A stretch of DNA of 64,000 nucleotides from Mobula hypostoma (lineage: Eukaryota). Positions 38,441 through 51,465 of the stretch are shown piece after piece. The notes under the pieces were generated by a model. That model was not told the origin of the DNA. It worked only from the letters and a program-made list of their open reading frames with translations, and ran no database searches. The position numbers were made by a program, and so were the translations under genes. Numbering within the stretch: the first letter of the stretch is position 1; every line of letters starts with the position of its first letter. The stretch covers positions 25,670,001 through 25,734,000 of the forward strand of contig NC_086109.1 of assembly GCF_963921235.1 (NCBI RefSeq), written 5' to 3'.

Positions 38441-39221
38441 TCTTTTTATAGTTATTTTCCTCTATAATTTCTTAATCAATTGACTACTTAATTTTCTTTC
38501 TATTTAGTCATACATTAAATACAGCTTGGCCTTACAGTGCCTCCATTTTAAAGCTTGTAAAATTCTTTCTGACATTTGATCTCATTTATGTCATATATAG
38601 AAATGTTTGTTATATAGAATTTCAATGCACTAAAGGGAGACATTTCAGCCAATATGCTTCCTGCTTATGTTCCATGTGAACCTAGTTCCATACTAACTCA
38701 CCTGGTTCCATAACAACACTTTGCGTATCATACATGTGCTGACTGTTTCTACTTAATTGTCACTAGCTATTCTCTTTTAAAATGTATTTTTTAAAAGAAT
38801 GTGCAGGTACTGGAATTTTGCATTAAACTCCACTGGTCATGCTACTGTCCAGTTCACCACCCAGCTTTGTCATTGCCTCGAAAGCAAATGAAAACTACAG
38901 ACCCTGAAATCTGTCACAAAATAGAAAATGCTGGAAATACTTGCCAGGTCAGGCAGCATATTTGGTGAGAGAAATGAGTTAACATTTCAGATTAAAGAAT
39001 TAAAGACTCTTGGTCAGCAATCCAATTCGGTGAGCAGTTACACAGTTGTGTTTAGCCATCACTAAATTTCTCTTAACTCCAAACAATTTCTTCTTGACCT
39101 TTCAAGACAGTTCCTCTTTCCAGTAAAGTAATATTATCCATAATCAAAATTGTTACTCCTCTTCTTACTCTCTCTCATTCCCATATAACTCTTTGTTATT
39201 CTGAATCAGGTCTCCGTTAAC

Positions 39222-39570
39222 AGATTCAAATTCATTTGTTTATAATAATTCTATCAAACATACAGTGAAATGTATTGTTTATGTTAATAACCAACACACC
39301 TAAGGATGTGCTGGGGGCAGCCTGCAAGTGTCATGCACACTCTGGCGCCAACATGCCCAACGTGTTCACAGAACACACAAGCAACAACAAACAAACAGCA
39401 GCAACATTGACAATTGACCTACCAAACCACACATCTTTAAAATATGGGAGGAAGCTGGAGCACCTGAAAGAAATCCATGTGATCACAACAAGAAAATGCA
39501 AACTCCACATGAACGGAGCACTGATGGTTCGGATTGAACCAGGTCACTGCAGTTGTGAGGCTCCAACAAC
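39222..39570 (-). mobile_element. HE1/V-SINE-like SINE
   Basis: gggaggaagctggagcacctgaaagaaatccatg..aaactccaca..ggattgaacc. Confidence 0.75.
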
Positions 39571-39749
39571 AACTACAAGACAATGCATTACTACTATCCT
39601 TTATATGACAATAAAATAAACAAAGATTGGACAAAGGTATCAAGAGCTTGGAGGAAAGATAAATGGATGTGAGATAATGATTGGGCTTGATTTGAATGAC
39701 AGAACAATGAAGGGTTAATACCCTGTACCTGTACCTGTTCATATACAAG

Positions 39750-40305
39750 CACATAAGAAAATAGGAGCAACAGTAGGCTATCTGGCCCCACTAGCCTGTT
39801 CTTTCATTCAGTATGATCGTGGTTGAAGTATCCTGGTCTCAGACCTTCTTCTGTTCCCATGAAGTCAATCCTTAAAACAAAAATAATCTCTTTAAATGCT
39901 TTCAATGATCTACTCCCTGCAAGCCTCCAGAGAGTTCACACACTCTATGAAAAGGAATTCCCACACCTCTCAAAGTTAAATTACTGCCCCTTTATGTTAT
40001 AACCATACCCTCTCAGTCAAGGTTCTCCAACTAGTTGAAGTATCTCAAACTCTATCCTGTCATGTCTGCTCGGGATCTTATATGTTTAAATAAGACCACC
40101 CCTCTTCCTTTGAAGAATACAGATTCTTTAGCTGTTTGTGATAGAACAAACCTCTCACTCCAGGAATTAGCCCAGTGTATCATTTTTTGAACTGTTTCTG
40201 ATGCAAGTATATTCTTTCTTTAAAAAGGCAGTCAAAACCAACCCTTGTAGAGTGCAACAAACTTTCCTGTATTGAAACTCCAATCATTTTGCAATAAAGG
40301 TCAAT
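39750..40305 (-). mobile_element. Old CR1 3' remnant
   Basis: acataagaaaataggagcaacagtaggc antisense tail plus degenerate ORF2 C-terminus. Confidence 0.7.
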
Positions 40306-40609
40306 AAAAAGATAGATGAAGATTGGTTTTAAGATGTTAATATATCAAACAAGACAATTAATATTTTCAAACTCATACATTTTCTTCCGTCAACTTTGAT
40401 TACTTTCTGTCAATCACAGAGATGTTTGGTACAAAGGAGTTCACAGCTCAGAAATTTCATCCTATTTGCCTTGTGTTTATGTTCCAAAAGTACCTACTCC
40501 TGCCAACTTCACAATCCACCCTATGTTCTGTTGATCCCTCAGTTATTTACTCAATATGACCATGCTGTTCTCCTTTGTTCCATCATGTTGCAGCTCCCTC
40601 AGGTTTACA

Positions 40610-40890
40610 CTGGGGTGGTTTCAGTCCTAATCACCGGAGCTATATCTGTGTGAAGTTAACACATTCTTGCGGTGACCATATGGGCTTTCTCCAGCTGCTC
40701 CAGCATCCTCCCACGTCTCAAAGACGCATGGGTTGGTAATTTAATTGGAAATTGCCCCTAGTGTATAGGCAAGTGATGGAATCTGGGGGAGGGGGTGTGA
40801 CAAGGAGTCAGTGGCAATGTAGATAGAATATATGAGATTACTATAGGATTGGTGTGAATTACTAACTGTTACCATGCTGTATTTCTATAT
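40610..40890 (+). mobile_element. HE1/V-SINE-like SINE (old)
   Basis: ggtttcagtcc..tgggctttctccagctgctccagcatcctcccacgtctcaaagac..aaattgcccctagtgtatagg. Confidence 0.7.
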
Positions 40891-43414
40891 CACTCACTGC
40901 ACATATAAATAACTTTCCCCTGAATATATCAGTTGCTCTCTTGTATTAAGCTCTCCTAATTTTATCTTCCCACATGCAATTTTCTTCTACATTAGAACAA
41001 TGAGGCCCTTATGTGATTTAAGGTCTGTCAGGGTGTTCACTTCCCAAAAGTTAAAAAATTAAAATGTTTCCTTTCACTTCAAAAAAACTGAATTTTAAAA
41101 CTTAATCTTTAACTTACAGTAACAGCAGAATGCATAGAAGCAGATTAGACAAGTCAACCTGTCAAGTCTGCTACCCCATCAAGAACATTGTAGACAATCT
41201 GTTGTCTCAACACCATTTTCCTGTACTCAATCTATAACCCTTAATCAATACCTGAAAATCAATTGATCCCCACACATTTTTAGATAGTATTCCCAGAAGG
41301 AATAAGATGGGCCAGAACATGCTACTATCTGGTCAGTGATTCCATCCTCTACACAGGCTAACTTCAAAATGGTGCCTATTTCTGTGGAACCCAAAGGCAA
41401 TTTGACCTCTCACTTTCCTATTTCATTTAGCTTTTTGCATTCAGCCCTCAGCTTTACACTGGAGATTCACTTTAATCTGATCAGTCTCCTTGACTAAAAT
41501 GATAAGGAATGTGGATACTTACTTATTTTGTTTATTTATTCTTTGCGTCATTAATTAATTTATGGCATCTTAAGCTGTATTTAAGTTACCCTATATCATT
41601 TTTTAAAATTATTGAAATCTAAATGACCAATGTTTAAGTGGCTGGTTATCAGAAACATTTTAAAAGAGTTAGAAAGATTTTTTTCAGCAGTGAGCTGTCA
41701 AAAAGCAATCAGGCTAGGCCTTGAAGCCTTTTGCTTGTGATCTAGTAGCTACCAAAAGTCTTTCTCTGTCATTGAAGGGAGAGGGTACAATCTTGTTTGG
41801 AATTACAGAGATGCACATGGTAAGTGTGGGGAAAGCACAGGAACTGAGGGGAGAGGGGTAGGGTCATGGTAGGAATGGTTGTGGGTGTGAGTAGGCAGCA
41901 GGCAAGATGGAGCAGAAGCAAAATGAAATTAAGATTATCCAGGATGGTAACAAGGCTAAATGGTTAAATTATAAAGAACAGTTACTTCAATGATGGAAGA
42001 TGTGATCTATTTAAAGTCAATACTTTGTGAAGAATTGAGAGGGTTGATGTAAGAAAATAATCCTGGTAATAATGTTTGGTATCCTAATCAAGAGGCTGAA
42101 CATAATTCAAGCAAGGCAGTTAGCAGCCAAAATGTGTGTGTGTTTAGAAATCTGCAACTGCCATTTCAAATAAAATGAACACTTCTTCATAATATTGTGA
42201 AGGTGATACAGCCAGAAGTAGGCTGTGTAACCCAAAAGGTTGATGGCAGGGTTTACATCCCACATGGGCTTCCTCCAACAGCCTTTCTAAAACCCTGATA
42301 ACATATCCTTCTCTCTTAGGTGTGTATCCATCTTACTGATGATTACGCATCCAGACTGTTCACCTTGCTGGATACCTGTCTGGAAATGAGTTACAGATTG
42401 TAACTATTCTCTGAGTAAAATTTACATTCAACAGGGAATTCTGAAGAAACCAATGCATGGTAAGATAGTGGAACTCACCAGTATAGGAAGTGCTTGAGGC
42501 GAATTGCATTGATGTATTGAAGGTAAGACAGGCACATCTTGCAGGAGGAACGGGAGAGTTACCATTATTTATTTAGATGTGGAAAGGTAGATCAGACTGA
42601 ATGCCTCGTGTCTTCTCCTTATGTCCCAACGTATAATCTTTGTTTCCAGCTACTCCCCTCCCAGAGGGTAATTGGGGAAAGGGGGAGTGAATTCTTGAAT
42701 ATGGCCCTTAATTATTTGCTTGCGAACATCTGGCAAGGGAATTATAGGAAGATGGTCCGATGTACAATGTCATAAATCCTTTCAATACAGCATTGTAAAT
42801 TAGTTGTTTGCCTGCAAATGCATTTATCGCCTATTTTCTTCCAGTTGTCAGTCCTCCAAGAAACTAGGAGAAGCGTCTTGAACTGTGACAAGGTTATTAT
42901 TGTTGGATCTGTTGTGTAGTCGATATTGTCGTTGCCTTGAGTTCATTTGCAGAACTAGAATTTGTTTGTTATAAATCACATGTGCGAAGATAAGTGGAAA
43001 GTTTTTGATTGCCTGACATCCAGCCAGATCACTCCGTGCTCACATCCAGTACATGGAGGTATTAAAAAGGAAAGCAGAGTGTACACTGTAGCACTACAGT
43101 TACAGAAAATGCCGTGTTGCCGACAAGCGCGAGAGCCACCCTAAGGTCGATGAGAAGATCAAGAGTTCATCTTTTTTATGATAAATCGGATTACAGCGGG
43201 ATCCAAACTCTCCTTGAGCCTGCTGGTCTTAGTAAAAGGATGTTGCAGAACTTCGAGCGCGCAAATTTACACTCAGCCCCTCAGCTTTATACTGAAGATT
43301 TGTCCGAATAGAATGGCTGTGCTTGATTGAAACGGTAAGGACAGATGAATAGTTTGCTCCCCACCCTCCCTTTTATTCTTTTTTACCACTGTTGCTGAAA
43401 CTCCATGTTCTAGC

Positions 43415-43568
43415 AGCACACACAAAATTCTGGAGAAACTCAGCCGGCCAGGCAGCATCTATAGAAAAAAAGTACAGTCGACGTTTCGGGCCGGTCTGCT
43501 GAGTTCCTCCAGCATTTTGCGTGTGTTGCTCGGATTTCCAGCATCTACAGATTTTCTCTTCTGTGTTC
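43415..43568. mobile_element. Fold-back PLE-tail mini-element with partial hammerhead
   Basis: Inverted arms gcagcacacacaaaattctggagaaactcagc / gctgagttcctccagcattttgcgtgtgttgc; cagtcgacgtttcgggcc in the spacer. Confidence 0.75.
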
Positions 43569-44913
43569 TGTTCTTGCTGTTGACGTTCCAAATTTCAACT
43601 GCTGCCGGCATTGCCCTCGATCCCTATTTTAGTCGAGCGAGGGAATTAATATTATGCAATTGTACGTCCCTGTGAGTGATTTGATCGCAGACATATTCCA
43701 CAAAATGAATCACGAGAAATAAGAAAATTGAAACTTTTATCAAAATATATGTGCTACGAAATCATACAGTAATTTATGTCGGCAGAAGTCGGAAATCTGA
43801 ACACATATGGATTATGAGTCCCGTGAAGTTCCCCTAACACCCCACAGACTCTGTTCCTGAAGCCTTGGTACACAATGTGCCTTGGAGAATTCTTATTAAT
43901 TTACAGCTTCGGAGCGCATATAAATGCATATAAAACGCACTAGTAAAATTCATTTAACCCTGAAATTAAAAAAAAAATCTATTTTAAAAGCGAGAACCGC
44001 TTCACTGAGCTCGGAGAAATTTTACCTGTCCTGGATTCATGAATCCCGGCCTGCGGGGTTAGTCCCAATCCTGCTTTACCGAATGCCGAGCACCGGAGGC
44101 TTAAATCTCAGCCCCCAAGCTCCAGAGCTTCAGTCTCAAATTTGAGTCCTGGGGCCCCAGTGGTTTGGAAGAAAAAGTGTATATCTAGTTATCAGAACAT
44201 TTTCGTGCGTTCCAAGGCGCCGATTGTAATCACTACTAATAATTTAATGTAACGCTCACTATCGGTTATCTTAATTAATTTGTACCAATGAATCTAGTTA
44301 TCGAATTCCTTTCTGTCTGGGATGGTATTGACTATGATTATTATTTTGTTTGTAATGATAGTCCAATTTGAAGTAACAGGAGTATGTTTCAGCAAATCTT
44401 TATAGCTGATATTGAAGTGACTTGGATAAATCCTGCAATAAAGTTGTATTCCAACCGAAGCTCGCGATTTTCCGCTGAAGAAACGAGTCAGGGGCATTCG
44501 AGCAGATTGTTCACAGTGAAACGTGCAGGGAAGTTCGGAGGGAGCTTGCTTTCAGAATGGGCGATTCTGGAAAAAAAATCTTTTGACGGCGAAACCAGTT
44601 GGGATGTTTCCGTCAAAAGCGATCAGCTTGCTAAATGAATGCGTTCTCCAAAAATATAATGTAAATTAACATTTGAATAAAGTACCTTCACCTGAATTTC
44701 TCTGCACTATTTGTTTAGACAACGCGACTTGTTCTTTTTTCCCGCTCTCTTTTCTACCTCAGCTCTTTGTTTCCCCTTCTCACGGCAGAGCTGCTAGTAA
44801 TCCCAATGAGACGTGGTTTAAATTAGATCGAATTTTATCTGCAATAAATAAAGATTAAAATGCAAGATAATGCTCTGGACAAATCCCTGCTTAGTTTTTT
44901 CAGTGAAAAGGGC

Positions 44914-44923
44914 TGTGTGTGTC

Positions 44924-44954
<31 letters not shown>
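44914..44954. repeat. (TG)n microsatellite followed by a G-rich tract
   Basis: Read directly from the sequence. Confidence 0.95.
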
Positions 44955-47059
44955 TTGTTGTGGGTGGGGGGTGGGCGGCGGGGTGGGTGAAAGATCTGCA
45001 CAGTGGAAGCTTGGATAGATTCATTACAATTCCGGGACAGAGAGAAAGCCTGCAAGACACGAGGGGAATAGCCGGTCGTCAGCAAATGTCGTGTTATATA
45101 AAATACTAAAAAAGGGCATTTCGTGTGTGACGGGATATAATCAGAACTGGTTCTCATTCTATTTGGATATCTGTGCTATAAAAGTCTGGAATGGTACATT
45201 GAATAATTTTGTGGTAAAATGACATATCCGCTAACGTGGCCCCTTTAAAAAGGTAAACTGCTATCAATCATCCTAAATAAGTCTGACTCACTGAACCGGC
45301 ATGCGTTAGCGCAGCAACCAGTGCGTAAAATCTTCAGGAATTCCTGACGTTTTAATATTGCCCCAATGTGCCAGATTTACCATGAATGTATATGAGGTTC
45401 ACTCTGAGAGGAGTGCTTAAGTACAGTACCTTGGGTAGAAATGCCATTTCACCGGTCTTCTACTGGCCTCTCTGCAGGTCCTGCTGTAGGAAGGGTGGAA
45501 TGGACCCGGGAGCTTCGATCCGCTACGGTGGAGGCTAACTGGAAATTCGTTTGTGCCCTAATCTGTGTAGTTTCAGTTTTCTTGACCTGACAGTTCAAAA
45601 CATAATCGGGCTCCGAACTGTTGGACAAATGTGTCTTGCATCCGATTTAGTGGCGCTAATTTTGGATGGCAATTTCTGTTGTAATTCGCATTATCGCTTT
45701 AAATTCCGGTGAACATCGCGAATTCCCCTTTCTACGATTTTACCATTTAACATTATAACTCGATGAAGATAATTGATGCTATCAAACTTTTTTGACCATT
45801 ATATCCCTTTATGAAACCTCTAAAATATTCTTAAAGGCTTTGATTTACTTTTACGCATTTAAAGATGGATTTTACAAAGAGGAGAGAATGGGTCGGCGGA
45901 GATTGTTTGGAATGCTGAAGGTTGAAGGGGAGCTTGATTGATGCGTACAAAATTGTACAGAACTGATAATGAGAAACATTCCTCCTTAGCGAAAGTACCG
46001 ATAACTAGAGGACATAAGTTTAATGTAAGGGGTAATAGATTTATAAGTTATTTAATCACCGTTAATAGAGACTGATGGAGGCATGGATTTTCACAACATT
46101 TATGAAGTATTTGTACTGCCACGGCCTCGGACGGTCCAGACAGGACGATGGAATATGGGGTTGGCTTAGATGGGTATTTCATTTTCAGCACAGATAGAGT
46201 GAGCCCAGCAACCTGTCTCCTTGCTGTGTGATTCCGTGACTTTATGATGAAAAGAATCATAAGAATTCAGATAAGAATCTGAATCGGGTTGTTTTGTGGC
46301 AGTAGTACATGCAATGACACAAAAATTAGTAAGGCACAATTTTTAAAAAACTAGTGCAAAAGAGGAATGGAGAGTGGGTTCATGAACCATTCAGAAATCG
46401 GATGACGAAAGAGAAGAAGTTGTTCTTAAATCTTTAAATGCCGGTCTTTAGACTCCCTCTGTGATTTACTAAGAACAAGTTGAATGAAGAGTTAAGGAAC
46501 GTGGCCATTTGAAGAAAAGTTGTATTTTCTCCCCCTAAGGGAAAGCGTCATGTTTGAGGATAGCACCATAAAGGAGGAGGGCATTGGGGCCATGTTAGTT
46601 GTTCAAAGTTTCTATCCAATTCACTGTATTTTCTGCGCTTTTCCCAACAGCGCCACAGACTCTTCCCACTTTTCAGTGTTAGCGCAGCTACATTTCGCTG
46701 CTACCATCTTTCACGCAGTCTGTCCCAGCTAATGTGTTTGTGCGTATATTCTGAGGCCGTTCTGTTTCCCCGTCTCAGCGTCACCAAGGATATCCAGATT
46801 CCGGCTATTTGGAAGCTGATTAAATAAGAAACGACTGTCGCTATTAATGACTTTGAGCAGTGTTATTAAATTTCTCCTTGTGCTTATGGAAAACTTTCCA
46901 AAGTATTTAAGTAACTGCACTAAATTTTTTATCACTGGTACCTATCATGTAAATCTCTTCTCCTTTATAACCTTGACATCCGCCTTAAAGTGCGATTCCC
47001 AGCATGAGACGCACCATTTTCTACGTTCAGAGTAAGTTAATCAACAAAGTAGATATGCC

Positions 47060-47395
47060 ACTCTGAGATTCGTTTTCTTGCAGGCATTCACAGGAGAAAA
47101 AAAGAAATACAATGGGAATCAATAAAAAACTACTCACAAAGAATGGTAAACAACCAACGTGTAAAATAAGACAAACTCGGCAAATACCTTAGTACGAAAA
47201 CACTAATAAATTTATTTATTAATAATAAGTAAATAGTACTTAAAACATGAGTTCTTGATTCCTTACAAGTGAGTCCACAGTTGTGGACTCAGGTCAGTAC
47301 TGAAATGAGTTAAGTTATCCTCGCTGGTTCAGGAGCCTGATGGTTGAAGAGAAACAACTGTTCCTGAACCTGGTGCTGTGGGACTTAAAGTTCCT
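47060..47395 (-). mobile_element. Rex-type LINE 3' end
   Basis: ttcaggagcctgatggttgaagagaaacaactgttcctgaacctggtg is antisense to the Rex ORF end; same family as 2165-2497. Confidence 0.7.
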
Positions 47396-48049
47396 AAGGT
47401 TAGCTGAGGCATAATATTTGAAAGTTACAGAATGAAATAGAATCAGAGGAGATGGAGGGAATAAAGGGAGAGGGGTAACTGGGAAAAGAACAAGTGTCTA
47501 TTAGGAGAGACAGAAATAAAAGCTTGCGTATGGATACAAGAGAGAAGGGCAAAAGGAAGGGAAGCAAGAATGGACCGTAGAAACTGGACAAAGGGGCGAA
47601 TTAACAAATCAAACAGAACGACCAAATGAGTCAGACGGAGTGAGGGAAGAAGGAAGGGCGAATGGAAAAGAGAAGGAAGTCAAAGAAAGCCTTTGGTTAG
47701 TGCCATTAACAAAACACTAAATCTGGATTTTCAATAAGTGAGTCAAAGTCACAGGTTTTAATCCCATTTCTGAGTTATAAGGAGCTTAACTCAAGTGAAT
47801 CCACATGATTCACCGTGGTTCAAATGGTTAAATTCCTTTTGCTTTTGATGACGTTCATACAATGGATTAATAATAGTTTAAGGTAGTGGAGAGGATCAAG
47901 TTTAAAGGCAGGAACTTAACTGATCAGACTTTAACCCACAGCCACAGAAATGATCTGTGCACATTCAAAAAACTTGTAATACCTGTTACATGCGTTAATG
48001 ATATCATAGACTATGCAAACATATACAAGAAGATTCATATCATGATCAT

Positions 48050-48392
48050 ATGACCATAAGATTGTAAGACATGGGAGCAGAATTAGGTTACTTAACCCAT
48101 CGCATCTGGTCCGCCATTTCATCATGGCGGATCCAATTTTCCTCTCGGCTCCTATCTCCCCCCTTCATGACCTGGCCAATCAAGAATCTATCAACCTCTG
48201 CCTTAAATATACATAGAGACTTGGCCTCCACAGCTGTCTGTGGCAAAGAATTCCGTAGATTCGCCACTGTCTGGCTAAAGAAATTCCTCCTCATCTCCGT
48301 TCTACTTTGAGGTTGTGTCTTCAAGGTCAGACTCTCCGACCATAGGAATCACCCTCCGTCACATCCATCCTATCAAGACTTTTCGCCATTCG
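48050..48392 (-). mobile_element. CR1 3' end
   Basis: Minus ORF RTEMRRNFFSQTVANLRNSLPQTAVEAKSL..FKAEVDRFL. Confidence 0.88.
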
Positions 48393-50049
48393 ATGACAGT
48401 GATCATCAAACATTTGAAAATGATTATCATTTCAGTAAATATGAGGGGATAATGAACTTTATATTGAATTTTACTGAATAGTTTTGCAGAATAACGATCT
48501 GATTATTGCAGCAATCTTAACAATTGTTCAGTTATTGTTACAGCTCGGAATTTTAATGAACGCACTCGCTGGTTAAAGTGTAAAAATGGGAATGCTGTTA
48601 AAAATTTTTGATTACCCAAATCTTATAAATGTAGCCGCGCACCAGCACGATCATTTTAATATCGGATTCCCTGCAGAATATTCAATATAAATTTACAACC
48701 AAAAATGTTCATGGACATTGCAAGAGGTTTCCATGCAATCGTGTCTGAACTGTCCGGTTTGTTGATAATTAAGGATGATGTGTGATTCTGGGCACCGCTA
48801 TTGTCATTAATAACGTATCTCACACTTAATGCAGTTGTTCCTCCCTTGTTATTTCAGCTAGCTCCATTCTACTTCTGTCTTGGCTAAAGGCTTTAAGATA
48901 GCACTTGAAATTTCAACTGATCGGTGAGCGCGCCCCGTGAATGTATCGGCCAGGTTTCTTACCTGTGAAATTATGTACTTGTGATGGAGGGATTGCAGTG
49001 AACGTTTCTTTGGATACGGGGTGAGTGTTGGGCAGGGGTTGTCCCATGAGAGGACGTTAGGCAGTTAGGCCTGTTCTCTCAAGACCTTAGCAAAATGGAA
49101 GGAATTTTATTCTTAAAGGGCTTGTCCGGACTGGCGATTCCTTGACTGAATTTTGTAAGATTAAGGGTCATAATGTCGACAAAGGACATTTCTTCATCTA
49201 ACGGTGGTATATCTTTGGAATTCTCTCCCAGGAGGCCTGGGGAGACTAGGCCGCTAATTATATTTAAGACATGGATCGATAGATTTTAGATACACTGGGA
49301 ATGGAAGGCGGGGTTAATGTAACGCTTTACAATGATCTCAAGGCGGCAAGCTCGAGAGGCCAACTTGGCTGCCCCTGCTTCCGTTTCTTGCGTTCATGAA
49401 AACAGTTATCTGAACAAGGAACAAAACCTACAAACTATTGGTAAGCAGGAAGAAATTCAGTACTTTCCCGCGCCGTCCAGTCTCACCAATAAATTGAAAG
49501 ATAAGACAATTAAATTTATCTGAATTTAAAATTATTAGCGCAATACTGGAGCTGGTTGAAATTTAGAGAGCAGTGCGGCAATGGGCAGCCGATTATACGC
49601 TTCATGTTTCGAGATCTGTTCGTTTTAATGTTATATTCGCCCGGCTGGTATATGAAATTAAATCGCTGTTTCTTCAGGTCACCCAGGGACAAACATGAAA
49701 TTTCTGCTCGAACTTTCACCCCGTGATAAAGGCAGTTTAATGAAGCAATGTTTCACCATGGTAGCTCATCTTCAGACTATATATATAAACAGCAGTATGA
49801 GAACACGAAATTTCCTCACAATAACACGTGAATGAAGCTCTGGATATTTGACGCCAGTACAGTACATACAGGCACCGCATTATATTTTTCTCTATGAACC
49901 GTGTCCTCGTCTAGAAACTTTACTCTTTGAGTCGCAGTACAGAATTGGATAAGTTTGGCAGTTAAATACTGCAGATTTGCATTTAGTTGTCCGCAATGTT
50001 TATTGTTGACTCATTTTTGCACAATTCGTAAATTATATAATGTTAACTG

Positions 50050-50050
<1 letters not shown>

Positions 50051-50088
<38 letters not shown>

Positions 50089-50091
50089 CGC
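50051..50091. repeat. (TG)15(CG)5 alternating purine-pyrimidine tract
   Basis: Read directly from the sequence. Confidence 0.95.
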
Positions 50092-50141
50092 TACACATTG
50101 AGAGTTGAAATTCTGTTTGCAAACTATACGGAATATTTTAT

Positions 50142-50870
50142 CACAAACAAGGGAAAACTTGCAGGTGCTGGAAATCAAAGTAACACACACAAAATGCTGG
50201 AGGAACTCAGCAGGCCAGGCAGCATCTATGGAAAAAAGAGTACAGTCGACGTTTCGGGCCGAGACCCTTCAGCAGGCCTGGAGAAAAAAAGATGAGGAGT
50301 CAGAGTAAAAGGCTAGGGCGAGGAGAAGGAGAATCGCAAGGTGATAGGTGAAACCGGGGAGGGGGAGGTAAACCGGGAAAGTAAAGAGTTGAGAAGTTGA
50401 CTGGTAAAAGAAATTCAGGTCTGGAGAAGCGGGAATCTAACAGGCGAGGGCAGAAGGACATGGAAAAAGAAAAAAAAGGGAGAGGCACTGGAGGAGGTTG
50501 ATGGCCAAGCAAGGAGATAGAAAAATAGAGAATAGAGAAGGGGGCATTACCGGAAGTTCGATAAATCGATGTTCAAGCCATCAGGTTGAACTTCCATTAA
50601 TATCCCAACCTTCTCTATTCCCCATTCCCATTTCTCTCTCTCACCCTATCTCCTTGCCTGCCCACCTCTTCCCTCCAGTGCTCCTCCCCTTTTTTCTTTC
50701 TTCCATGGCCTTCTGTCCTATTTTATTAGATTCCCCGCTTCTCCAGCCCTGTATCTCGTTTCAGCTCGTAACTTCACCCCTCCCCCGTCCTTTTATTCTG
50801 ACTCTTTTTTTTCTCTGCTGAAGGGTCTCGGCCCGAAACGTCGACTGTACTCTTTTTCCATAGATGCTGC
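50142..50870. mobile_element. Fold-back PLE-derived insertion with 13-bp TSD and hammerhead motifs on both strands
   Basis: TSD cggaatattttat at 50129-50141 and 50871-50883; minus-strand PLE tail ~50145-50590, then plus-strand tail ~50605-50870; motifs at 50243-50275 (-) and 50815-50847 (+). Confidence 0.88.
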
Positions 50871-51041
50871 CGGAATATTTTATTCTCGTAAGGGAATGGA
50901 GACAGTTTGTAGGAGTGGAGTGGGTGGGACTTTTTGTGTTTGGGTATTAGGAATACAAAACAAATTCGCATGTACGTTTTTTTTATGATCTCGAAACTTT
51001 GCACTTTACAGCTCTGCAAAGTCATTTCTCTACAAGTCATT

Positions 51042-51200
51042 CAAAATGCTGGAGGAACCATGGAAAGGAATAAACGCTGGCCGTCCTGATGAAGTGTCTC
51101 GGTCCGAAACATCGACTGTTTATTCCTTTCCTTGACCTGTTAGATTCCTCCGGCAGAATTCCTCTGGATTCCCGGCATCTGCGGAATCTGGTGTGCTCTT
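51042..51200. mobile_element. Fold-back PLE-tail mini-element with hammerhead core
   Basis: ggaaaggaataaac / gtttattcctttcc inverted arms around gtcCTGATGAagtgtctcggtccGAAACatcgac. Confidence 0.7.
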
Positions 51201-51465
51201 ATAAACCCCCGTCTCTCATAATCCTGAACTTCCTTCCCAAGTACTCATGTACCGCTCAGCTCCATCGGTATGTATTATCCCTCTCTTTACGTACAGTCCT
51301 CTGCCGCTTCTCCGCCCTCTTCTCAAAGGCATTGTGTACATGTATTCGCCGATCCGTAGCTTTCAGTTGCCGCTCGCACCACAATGAAGATTCCTCGCTC
51401 TCTCCTTATTTTCTCCACGTAGGGCCTATCCTCCTGTTTGTGTAAGAAAGGGCCGAGAACGCATT

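Noticed and set aside
46745..46830. Acceptor-like ctgtttccccgtctcag as exon 2
   Set aside because: The phase-1 frame stops after ~13 codons and has no homeodomain sequence.
50142..50870. Integrated viroid-, obelisk- or deltavirus-like genome (ribozymes in both polarities)
   Set aside because: Both arms are recognisable copies of the Penelope 3' tail found at 16780-17239 and are bounded by a TSD; there is no viral ORF.
51089..51445. 118-aa ORF in a CpG-rich region
   Set aside because: Begins inside the PLE hammerhead motif; no homology recognised and no splice signals.
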